DNA from: Thecamonas trahens ATCC 50062
Taxonomy: Eukaryota > Protista > Apusomonadida
Reading direction: 5' to 3'
DNA length: 64,000 nucleotides
Assembly: GCF_000142905.1 (NCBI RefSeq)
Contig: NW_013657657.1
Location: 372,001 to 436,000 of the forward strand
In this document: piece after piece, positions 29,987 to 40,700 of the stretch
Layout: the number at the start of each line of letters is the position of its first letter
Numbering within the stretch: position 1 is the stretch's first letter
Notes under the pieces: model-generated
The model's database searches: none
Told to the model about the DNA's origin: nothing
What the model saw: the letters and a program-made list of their open reading frames with translations, nothing else
Program-made: the position numbers and the translations under genes

Positions 29987-31672
29987 CTACCCGAGCAAGA
30001 CATCGCCCTCGGGGCCGCGGCCGGCGCCATGGCTGCGGAGCCACCACGCGCCGCCGGCGATGAGAATCATGAGGCCAGCAACGCCAGCGGCGACCGCCAG
30101 TGCCACAGTTGCTGCGTGCGACTTGGACTTGTGGGCAGGCGATGGCGCCGGGCCAGAGGTGTTGACCTCCAGCATGGCGAGAACCATGTTGTCGATGATG
30201 GCCCGGGCCGACGACGCGTGGTCGGCGTAGCCGGTGACGATGACCGAGAAGACCAGCCGCGACTCGTCGCCGCCGAGTCCTGTGCGGTTGATGTAGCCCG
30301 AGAGCGCCGAGACGCCCGTAAGCGTGCCGGTCTTGGCCGAGACCCGGCCCTGGGCCGGCGTGCCCACAAAGCGCGAGGCGAGGGTCCCGCTCTCGCCGGC
30401 CACCGGAAGTAGCGGCGCGAGGGAGTCGTTGCCGTAGCCCGGGCCGTGGCGAGCCATGCCGATGAGAGTGCCCACAAGCGCATCAGCTGAAATAAGGTTC
30501 CGCCGAGAGACGCCCGAGCCATCGGCCTGCACAAACGAGTCGGCTCGAACACCGAGCTGGCCGACGAGCGTGGCATGAACGCGTGCCAGGCCAGCAGCGA
30601 CAGCTGAGCGCGGAAGATCGGCCAGAGTTGGGACATCAAGCCGGCTCGCCGCAAGGCCATCATTTCCAACCAGGCGAAGAAACGACTCTGCGTACGTGTT
30701 GTCTGAGACGAGCAAGCAGTGATGAGCGAGGCTGGTGACCGCGTCCGAGGCGGTCGAGGCAACGACCGTGTCGTCGGTAGCCAAGCCGCACGGTCTCGAG
30801 ACGAGCGTGACGTCGGTAACAGTCACACCAGCCGAGTTCATGCCCATGGCAAAGGTGTTGGCAAAGAGCTCGTCACCACGGACGGTGACATACCCACTCA
30901 CGGGCGTCTCCTTGCCTGCCGGGACCGAGCCGGTGATGACGAGGCCAGAGCGACCAGGAAGGTAGCGAGCAGAGAGGCTGGGCGAGGACGAGGAGGGGCC
31001 AATGACAAGACCAGAGAGGTCAACAGGCATGGCTGAGGCGGCAGACGGCGGGTAGACAACGGTGATGTTGGTACTGCCCGCAAGCCCGGCTGCGAGCGCA
31101 AAGGTGACCCTGTTCTCGTCCACAATGGCGCCGTTGATGCCCGAGCCGTAGTCAAAGACAAAGTCATCGAGCTCCCAGGTTGCCGGGAAGACGTCGACGG
31201 CGGGGTAGTAGCCAGACCAGACGTGGACGGCGGTCGAGGTGACACTGCTCTCACCCAGCTTGTCAGCTGCTGCAGATGCCAGTCCAGTCAGGCGATCGGC
31301 GGTCATCGACGGATCGCCGCGGCCGTTGATGCACACGCGTCCGCTATCGGCCGACCACCACACCTGCGTCTCGAGAGCAGTCTTCTCTGGCGACGTTGCC
31401 GAGAGGAGCGCCGTGGCAAGCGTCAAGATCTTAGTGTTGGAGGCAGGCGGATAGAGCCGGCCAGCGTTGGCCGAGACCAGGATGTCATCAGAGCTCGCCG
31501 CATCCGCCCGCGCCACAGCATACGCCCACGATGCAGCCACAGACGTCGGCGTCGACATTGCGAGCTCCTCCAGCTGTTGGGCCAGCTCCGGAATCAAGCT
31601 CGCCTGGCCTGCACCAGCAAGGCAGCAGGCGAGGGCAGTGAGGGCGAGAACGACCGAGAATGCCTTGCCCAT
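29987..31672 (-). CDS. dacB: D-Ala-D-Ala carboxypeptidase/endopeptidase (peptidase S13, PBP4/DacB-like) with signal peptide and C-terminal TM anchor
   Basis: Catalytic SxxK (PASNTK), SxN (SDN), KTG (AKTGTL); GRGDPS, DGSGVSRRN, LPVAGESGTL; signal peptide MGKAFSVVLALTALACCLA; TM helix then EGDVLL. Confidence 0.9.
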   Translation of the reverse strand: MGKAFSVVLALTALACCLAGAGQASLIPELAQQLEELAMSTPTSVAASWAYAVARADAASSDDILVSANAGRLYPPASNTKILTLATALLSATSPEKTALETQVWWSADSGRVCINGRGDPSMTADRLTGLASAAADKLGESSVTSTAVHVWSGYYPAVDVFPATWELDDFVFDYGSGINGAIVDENRVTFALAAGLAGSTNITVVYPPSAASAMPVDLSGLVIGPSSSSPSLSARYLPGRSGLVITGSVPAGKETPVSGYVTVRGDELFANTFAMGMNSAGVTVTDVTLVSRPCGLATDDTVVASTASDAVTSLAHHCLLVSDNTYAESFLRLVGNDGLAASRLDVPTLADLPRSAVAAGLARVHATLVGQLGVRADSFVQADGSGVSRRNLISADALVGTLIGMARHGPGYGNDSLAPLLPVAGESGTLASRFVGTPAQGRVSAKTGTLTGVSALSGYINRTGLGGDESRLVFSVIVTGYADHASSARAIIDNMVLAMLEVNTSGPAPSPAHKSKSHAATVALAVAAGVAGLMILIAGGAWWLRSHGAGRGPEGDVLLG

Positions 31673-32121
31673 GGTCGCTGTCGAGAAAAACGAGTCAGGT
31701 GTGGCGAGACGAGTACTCATGCCCGCACCGTGCTTGAACTGCCAGCCGCCCTCACCATCATCAGTATTGGACCTCATCTATCACTTGTCTCTTCTCTCCT
31801 TCCTCGTCGATCCCACATTCTCCTCCTTCCACCCTCCAGGCCTCCCAGCCTCTTCCAGCCATCCGCGCCGTCTTCCAAAAAAAAAGAGACTCGCCCCTCC
31901 TTTCCCTACCCACAACCCAGCAACTTGGCCAAGCCGCCTTCCCTTCTCTCCTCCCTCGCAACCATGGTCAACCATTTTAAACCCATCATCGTCCATCATC
32001 GCTCTCCTCGCCGATTCCATATCGTCCTCCTCCCACCCTCCAGGCCTCCTAGCCTCTCCATCCATCCGCGCCGTCTTCCAAAAAAAAAAGTGTCCCGCCA
32101 CTTCCCCCCCCCCCCCCCCCC

Positions 32122-32702
32122 NNNNNNNNNNNNNNNNNNNNNNNNNNNNNNNNNNNNNNNNNNNNNNNNNNNNNNNNNNNNNNNNNNNNNNNNNNNNNNN
32201 NNNNNNNNNNNNNNNNNNNNNNNNNNNNNNNNNNNNNNNNNNNNNNNNNNNNNNNNNNNNNNNNNNNNNNNNNNNNNNNNNNNNNNNNNNNNNNNNNNNN
32301 NNNNNNNNNNNNNNNNNNNNNNNNNNNNNNNNNNNNNNNNNNNNNNNNNNNNNNNNNNNNNNNNNNNNNNNNNNNNNNNNNNNNNNNNNNNNNNNNNNNN
32401 NNNNNNNNNNNNNNNNNNNNNNNNNNNNNNNNNNNNNNNNNNNNNNNNNNNNNNNNNNNNNNNNNNNNNNNNNNNNNNNNNNNNNNNNNNNNNNNNNNNN
32501 NNNNNNNNNNNNNNNNNNNNNNNNNNNNNNNNNNNNNNNNNNNNNNNNNNNNNNNNNNNNNNNNNNNNNNNNNNNNNNNNNNNNNNNNNNNNNNNNNNNN
32601 NNNNNNNNNNNNNNNNNNNNNNNNNNNNNNNNNNNNNNNNNNNNNNNNNNNNNNNNNNNNNNNNNNNNNNNNNNNNNNNNNNNNNNNNNNNNNNNNNNNN
32701 NN
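32122..32702. other. Assembly gap (others at 3181-3280 and 27299-27398)
   Basis: Runs of N; the gaps near 27.3 kb and 32.1 kb are flanked by poly-C/poly-G low-complexity sequence. Confidence 0.99.
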
Positions 32703-32807
32703 TCCTCCTCCTCCTCCACTTCCCCCTTATCATCATCATCATCGTCATCATCATCATCATCATCAGCAACATCATTGTCATGTGGCACAGAGTCCAAGGA
32801 CAAGACC

Positions 32808-34396
32808 ATGGTCAAGACAGAGAACGGCGACAGGAGACGGAAGCGGAAGCGGAAGCGGAAGCGCAAGCCGAGTCGAGATGATCAACATCATCATAGTTCT
32901 GATCATGATTCTGATCAACATCATCGTGATCATCATTCTCTCGCAAAACGGGCAAAGGGTCTGGTCGATGACTTGGGCTACCTCTCGTCCGGATCAGACT
33001 CGGGTTGTGTCGTGGTGGTGATGGGAAGAAGGCAAGTCGGTCGTCAATGAGAAGTTCGACGAGGCCTTCGCCGTCGTCAAGATCATCACGGTCAACAAGG
33101 TCATCACGGTCATACGCAAGGCAGAGTGCTGGGACAAGAAATGCCAGAGGCAAGAATCTGGCTATCGAGAGCGAGTCCGACTCGGAGTCTGGCTCGTTGT
33201 TCTCGTCATCAGACTCCAACTCGGAATCTGGCCGACCGCCGCCGTCTTGGAGCAGGAGGACAGCGCTTTCGGCTACGGCCAGAGAGGCACTTTCGCGGGC
33301 CTCCAACGCCATGCACGAGCTCGATGAGGCCGTCATGGGTGTGGGCGAGGTGGCCATGGAGGAGACCACCGCAGACGAGGCCGTCAGGTTCGAGCTGGCG
33401 CAGGTCATCCAGCCGCCGCTCCCATCGCTGCTCTCGGCCCATGACCCCAACGTCGACCCACTCAACTATGTCCGCATTCAGCTCTTGTGGCGCGCTAGTG
33501 AGACCGAACGTGAGCTCTCGCGCTGGGTCCACATTCGGCGGACCGCACCCATGCTCGCTGTGCGGATGGAGATGGCGCTCATGGTCGAGACCGTGGCGTA
33601 TGGAGTCCAGATCTTTTACCTCGGCCTCCCTGTCGACGACAATGCCACTCCCGAGTCGCTCGACATTGAGTCCGGTACCATCATTGAGGCCTACATTGAC
33701 GGGCCGACCTGGACATGGGCCAAGAGAGCCCTTCTCTCGCGCAAGTCGCCGAGCACACTGCTCGTTGCCCTCTGGCCAGCATCGGCTCAGACTCCGCCAG
33801 CTGCCATAGAAGCCAAGCCGGTCCGGGCATCTGTCCTCACCACCATCGGCTCGTTGGTCAACGCCTACGCGGCGGCAGTCCAGGTCCCGGCCTCCTCGCT
33901 CGCTTTCGACTGCGGTGGTCTGTTCCTCGCAACTCACTGGCCGCTGTATCTCATCGAGCCGGCCGAGCTTGTGGCCGCCTTGGTGGCCAAGGGTATCGGC
34001 GCCGGCCGCTGGCTCAAGGGCAAGGCTCCGCGCATTGCCGTAGCCGTCACCAATGCTGCCACGCCGCGATCGTCCTTTGTGCCCATCCCCTTGGCGCCAT
34101 CGCTCGCCAAGCGCGTCCGCGCTGCCACCGCCACCGCCCCGGGCCCCTCCACTGCTCTCAATCACAACGACGACGGCGACTCGATCACCGTTATCCTCCG
34201 CATGAGCAAGCGCAAAAAGGGCTACCGCATCAAGCCGAGTGACAAGATCGGCAAAGCTATGGCTCTCTTTGCCGATTTCGTCGGCGTCGCTGGCGACCAG
34301 CTCCGCTTTGTCCTTGATGGCGATCGTCTGACCGGCAACGAGCTCGTCGAAGACTTGGATCTCGAGGACATGGACATCATCGACGCCATGCCATAG
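32808..34396 (+). CDS. Rad60/Esc2/NIP45 (RENi)-like protein with SUMO-like domains; apparent frameshift at ~33020; true start may lie in the gap
   Basis: C-terminal ..KIGKAMALFA..LRFVLDGDRLTGNELVEDLDLEDMDIIDA without di-Gly; a second SLD ending TPESLDIESGTIIEA; basic NLS and SIM-like CVVVV in the upstream frame. Confidence 0.7.
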
Positions 34397-34741
34397 TTTA
34401 TCCATACACACGCAAATGTCAGCCAGGGCAAGCCTTGCCACTCTTGCCGCTTCACACCGTTTGCGCCTCCCCTGGCAGCAGCTGTCCAGCAGCCGACATC
34501 ACCATCGCCATTGCAATTGGCAAGCTTTTCATCGACATCCAACTCCTCCCATCCCTTTCCTTCCCCATCTCTCCTTCACGACCCAACAACATGGTACAGT
34601 GCTGCATTGCGAGACACGAACATGCTACCTCCTGCCGCTCCATCATGTCCGTCCGCTGCGCGACGCGCGATCGCCATTTTTCCCCCTTTTGCGCGCCACC
34701 CTCCTCCCCGCGCGCAAAATCAGTGTGCCCAGTCATGTTAA

Positions 34742-37700
34742 TCACGCCCATGCACCACGATCCACAGTGCCGCCATCAAGGTCGATGGTGACCACGTTGC
34801 GGATGGCATATGTCAGCTTGCGACGCATGATTTCCTTGGACGAGTAGCGGATCAGATCGAGCGAGTTGAAGCACGAGTGCGACGACGGCAGATGCTCGTC
34901 AGTTGCGCCCGAGGGCGACGCATTGATCTTGAACGGTTGGGTAAACGCGGCGTCCGAGACCGGGAGCCGCGTTCGGCCCCAAACGTACTTGAGGAAGAGC
35001 GCTTGTTCCTCGGTCGAGTACTCCTCAAGGATCTCAAAGAGCCACTGGACATGCTCCTGCTCCATCGAGACGCCGTCGGCAAAGACCGTGTGTCGCTTGA
35101 GCATCTCCACGTCCAGCTCCGGCCGTCCGCACACCAGCAGCTCGACTTGCTCCCATGTGAAGAGCGAGAGGACTGGCAGCGGCACAATGTCCGCCATTCC
35201 GCTGCGCATCTCGGCGAGCGCGGCGTCGTAGGCGTGGGCGTGCGCCTTCAGCACCAGCTCCACGTACTCGCCACGGTTTTCAAACGTGAGCGCCCGCTCG
35301 CGCCCGCCAGGCAACAGCTCCACCTCGGTCCCGTCCGAGAGGTGCGTGGTAAAGGTCTCAAAGAAGGTGCCGCTAAAGGTCTCGGCGGTGATGCCCTCGT
35401 CCTCGATGTGGAGCATCTTGTCCATGTTGGTCACCGTTGTCACGTCCGCCTCGGCGAGCACCTCGCGGGGCTCGACATCCTGGCCGAGCAGCGCCCGCCA
35501 GACCACCGGCGAGAGCGAGAGCGGGACGCACTGCCGCGTCCGGAGCGAGACGCCAAGCAGGCGGCCCACAAACCGGAACAACTCCGGGTGCTTGTTTCCG
35601 AGCGACGCAATCGGGACATGCATGCCCTGGTACGCGCCGACGCCGAGCTTGCCGTTGGGGCAGAGGGTGAAGAGGCCGACCTTGGGGTGTTCGAGCTCGT
35701 TCGCCATGACCGTCACAGACTCGCGCCACGGTCCACCGGCGTCTACAGAGCCCTCGCCCTTAAAGTACACCTTCCATGCTCGGTCGTTGAGCCGGATCCG
35801 TGAGACCATCTCTGGCGAGGCCAGAGCCCGCGCAAACTGCCCGTACAGCGTGTCGACCAGCGACGGATTCTCGGCCTCCATCTGCTTTGTCGCCAGGATG
35901 CGCGAGACGTGAATCGACGGCTTGTTCTCCTTCGACGCGGTCTTCTCGATGAGCATGTACAGGAACTCGACCTTCATGTTGACAAAGATGATCGACGAGA
36001 GCCCGGCCAGCCGCCCCGAGAGCGTCAGCGATCCGGCCCGGCCAGCCCGAAGGTCCACAAGCGGCAACGCTTCCTTGACCAGCGCGTTAAACAGCCGCAG
36101 AATCGGGATCCGCGCAAGCGCATCCTCGAGCTCGATGCCGTGCGGCGCACGCTCGGGTGCGGCCCACACCTCCTCCAGCATCTTACGGAGCTTGGCCGGC
36201 GCGGCGCTCCATGGCTCCTCGCTCCGGCTCTGCGCCGCAAGCTCGTTGAGCATCTGTGCCAGCGCCGCGTCGTCGCTCAGTCGCCACCCGCGCGACACAA
36301 ACTGGCCTCGCATGCTCTCCACGTCGACCTTTTCGCTTATCGACGCCACGTCCTTCGACGGCGCCTCCACCGTGAACCGCACGCCCCAATCGTTGTTCGA
36401 AGAGTCAGAGTGGAAGTGTGCAAACAGCCGGTCGCCCTCCACCCGCAGCGGGCTCGACGGGAAGCTCGTCCCGGTAAACTTGGCCTCCTGGACCGGCCGC
36501 TGCTTCTCGCGATCGTGGTACAGCATGAGGTAGTCGTAGTTGTTCTCCGTCTTGCAGTTCGAGTCAAACGTCACCGTCAGGTACTCCACACCCGGGCACA
36601 CAAAGCTCCACTCGGTGTCGAGGTTGTGGTCGTACGGGTGGCCTGTCTCAAACACATCGCTCGACTTGATTTCCGGGTTGTACGCAGCCTCCAGCAGCTG
36701 CGGCGAGAACGCCTCGGTCGAGCCCGACGCAAGCGCCTTGGACGCCGCGTTGAGCAGGAGTGTCCGCTCCCACCACACCGGCACCGACGAGCCGCCCGCC
36801 GAACCGCCCTCCTCTGCGGCAGGGTACGACGCCAGGTCGTACGCCCACGGCCGCGCCTCTAGGTCGTCGCCAAAGTTGAATTCAAACTGGTTGTCCGACG
36901 CCCGTAGCGTGGCCGATGCCCGGAACGGAATCGACACGTCCCAAGTCTGGATCCGGTCGCCAAGCAGGTTGCCGTTCTTGGTAAAGAAGACCACCGACGC
37001 GGCAAAGTCGACGCCAACTCCGATGACATCGCCCGTCGAGTACGACTGCCCGGTCCCGCCGCGTGTGTTGTTGCAGTACAGAGCGCCATCATCAGAGTGC
37101 ATGGCCACAGTTCCGCCGCACACCCCGATCGTACGCGTGGTAAACTCGGACGACTCCGAGTTGATGAACCCAATGCCGCAGAACGAGGTGCCCGGCTGGA
37201 GCGAGACGACTCGGACCTCGTAGTATCCGACCCGGCTCCCACCGCGGGGTGCAAACTCGACGTCGGCGCTCACCACGCACCGCTCCGACGCCAGCCCGCG
37301 CGCCACCCACCCGTCGACCGCCGTGTGGGGCGTCCGCGGCTCCAGCGCGGATGGGAGGAGCGACGGCACCTCGCCGACATCGATGGCCTCCTCGTCGATG
37401 GCATCGTCGCCGCCCACGCCCTCGGCCTCGGCCTTGCCCTTGGCACCCGCTGGCGCCGCTGCAGGCAACGCCTTGACCTCCTCCCACACCAGCAGCGTCT
37501 CCACCATGTTCTGCACGTACACCGGCGCAATGGCGTCCTTGACAGAGTGGGTGGCAAACATGTGCTTCTTGAGCAGAACGTACGCCCGCGCAAAGCGCTT
37601 GTCCGGCCGCATGCCCGTGCGCAGCATCTCGCCGAGGAACTTGACGAGCGCGTTGAGAATGACCCCGCGGGTCTTGACAGACTCGCTCCGCCACAGCCAC

Positions 37701-40700
37701 CGCAGCAAGACCTCGTGGACCTCGTCCGCCGCTCCTCCCACCGCCTCGGGATATTCAAACACCACCTGGGTGAGGATCACGATCGCTGCCGCCCGCTGCA
37801 GCTCGTCGTCCTTGGCGTCGGCCACACACAGCTTCAGCAGCGCCTGCACAAGCTCCAGCCCGGCGGCCGGGCCCGAGTCTGCCACAAGCTTGCGGACCTG
37901 CGCCAGGAACGAGGCCAGCGGCACCTTTGCCTTCTCCTTCACCAGCAGGAACTGCATCGGCTTCTGATTCTTGGCGGTGGCAAGGAGGAACCGCGCGACG
38001 GCATCAACCTCGCCGAGCGCGTCCACCGTCAGCGGCACTTGTGCCGGCCACGCCGCAACAATCTGCGAGACTAGCGCCTGCCGCGCGTAGGATGCCACCT
38101 TGCGCGCCGCCAGCACCGCAATCTCGCCCAGCGGCTCGTGCACAACGCCCGAATCCATCGTGCCCAGCGCGCCGTGGACCTTTTTGAGGAGCCCAGTCTC
38201 GGCCCCGGAGCCCTTGGCCAGGATGGACGCGTCACTCTCCTCGTCGCAGTACGTCCGCATTCCGGTGACCGGCGCGAGGAAGCTCGGCTTCCACGACGAG
38301 TCGCTACCGGAGCTCGTCACCACGCCCGAGCCGTCGGCGCTGAGGCATCCGGTCACGCCGCGGATGAGCAGTCCACGCGACTTGCCGCTTGGCGCACTCC
38401 CTTCGAATACAACGGTAAGGACAGCGCCCGCCAGTGGCGGGTCAAACGTCTTGGCCACCATCTGCGTCTCGCCCACCACACACAGCTCGATACCCTCTGA
38501 CTTGCTGCTTCCGTCGCTCGCGGCAGCCGAGACCACTACGCGCTCAATGCCGTCACCCACATGGGCCACAATTGAACCAATGAGGAAGCCGGCCTGCGGC
38601 TGGTAAGTCAGCGTGATGGGCACGTTGAGCGCCACGTCGAGCTCCATGCTCGGTGTCCCGTCGCAGAGCGAGGCCATGGCCACCGAAGGCGGATTACCGT
38701 CAACAGCAACCTGGAACGCGCCGTTGATGACAGCGGTGCTCTTGCCTGACAGCAGACCTGGAACCGAGCCGTAGGCTTCAATCCGCGCGTCCGGGCCAAG
38801 TGGGCCGTCACCATCGCGGTCGTCGCGCGGAACCCGCACCACAACGGCCTCGGCGACCACGTCGTCGGCGTCGTCAGGGAGCATAGCGGCAAGCTCAGCG
38901 ACCACACACCGTGCCGCGTGATCGCCAGCGGCGGTGCTGGGGTTGAGCACGCCTGACGTCCACACGCTCTTGCCAGCGGCAAAGACCTCGACCTCGACAT
39001 CGACGAGCGGGCCAGTGCCGCGGACCACAATCGACGAGAGCGCCACAGGCGTGTCGAGCACCACCGCCCGTGACCACCCGCCGGCTGCTGACACTGCCGG
39101 CCGCTCCGCCGCCGCCTGGACAAGCGAAGTATCCGATGCGAGCGCCGAGATAAGGCTGGTACCGGCACTATTTCCATCGTTGCTCTCTAGAAGCAGCGCC
39201 ACTGCCGTGTCGAGCGTGCCGCCAGTCTTGCGCAGCGCGCCGTAGCAGTTGTCGATGCGGAAGGCACCAAGCTCGAGCATGGCCCGCACTTGTCCAGCGT
39301 CGACCATGGCCTGGATGATGCCACGGAGCTCGTTGGCGACCATGGCCAGGACCGGAATGCCAAACTCGGCGTCGCCGAGCGTGTCTAGCGCCGCGGCAGG
39401 CTCGTGCCGTGCTGGGGCTGTGCAAATGAGAATGACGCCAACCGCGCCAAACGCCTCCATCTGCCGCACTTGAGCCACCAGGGCCTTGCGGACCGCAGCT
39501 TCCGAGACCGCACCCGACGAGTTGTTCGGATGGAGCAGGAGCACAACCTTGCCAGCCACCGGGATTGCGTCCTTGGGTGTTGGCGATGAGTCCTCCAGCA
39601 AGTATGCGTCCTTGGTCGAGCTCACAACTGCCGCAGCATCGAGCTCGATCACGCTCGTGGCCTCCGGCTCGTTGGCCATGCGACCGCACATGCGCGCCTC
39701 GCCGCGCGCCGCCACTGGTGCGTCCACCACCCGAGCCACAATAGGCGCCATGATGCCGCCAAACGCCGGCTCGGTCATCTCGCCAGAGTAGACGCGGATG
39801 TTCGAGATGAGGCCAGTCATCGAGCCAGCTGAGCCTGCAGCCGGCATGCCTACCGAGACCTGGGTAAAGGCCTCACCAGGGGCATAGATGCCCGGTTCGA
39901 GCAGCCGCGTCGCGTGTGCCATGCCGCTGATGAGGACCGCGACTGCCGTTCGCGACGCATTACCCAGCACCGACATGGTGATGATGTGTGTGGTAGCATT
40001 CGAGAGCCCCTGGTCCGGGCCGGGGAGGACGCCGAGATCGAGCACATGCGCATCGCTGGCGCCCAGAGCAATCTCAAGCGTTGCTGCGCCGCCACGTGCC
40101 TCGGAGAGGACTCCAGTCCGAACGGTGACCGGCACGCTTCCGTCCCAGGCCACGACGACCGAGCCCGGCGCGGTGTTGGCGATGGCTGCGCCATTGAGGG
40201 CAAAGACGAGGGTGAATGCATAGCCAGCATCGTCGCCGCTGACCGGAACGAGCTCGGTCGACCCTATGGCCTGCGCCGGGACAGCCGCGCCATGGACCGC
40301 CCACGGCGGCAGGCAGCGGCCCTTGCCAGACCAGAGCTCAAGCTGAAGGTCGGCAGCGTACGGCAAGTTCTCGTCCGAAAGCGGCACCTCTGTCCGGACG
40401 ACCTCGGCCACAATGGGAGCGGCCAGACCGCCGGCTGGGTACTTGTGGGCATGGTCGAGCGGGGTGTCGGCGCCGACTTCGGTGGCGATGCCGTTGGCGA
40501 TGCGCATGTAGGGGGCGCGGATGGTTGTCTCCCCCGCGCGACGCTCGACGCTCGGGAGGAGGCGGACGAGCGCTTCGCGCTCGTCGGCGGTGACAGTGCC
40601 GGCGTTGAGAGCGCGCCGGACGAGGGCGGGCACAAGGCCGCTGGCCACAAACTGGTCGGCAAGCACGCCGCCGGCAGCCTCGGCCACGCACTGCATCCGG

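Noticed and set aside
29987-31672. Bacterial contamination
   Set aside because: Contiguous with the eukaryotic NT-C2/DIL gene 13 bp away, same composition, and has a eukaryotic sorting tail
31820-32090. ~65-bp imperfect direct repeat ending in an A-run (31820-31886 and ~32025-32090)
   Set aside because: Short, low-complexity and next to a gap; no TSD or element structure to support a SINE call
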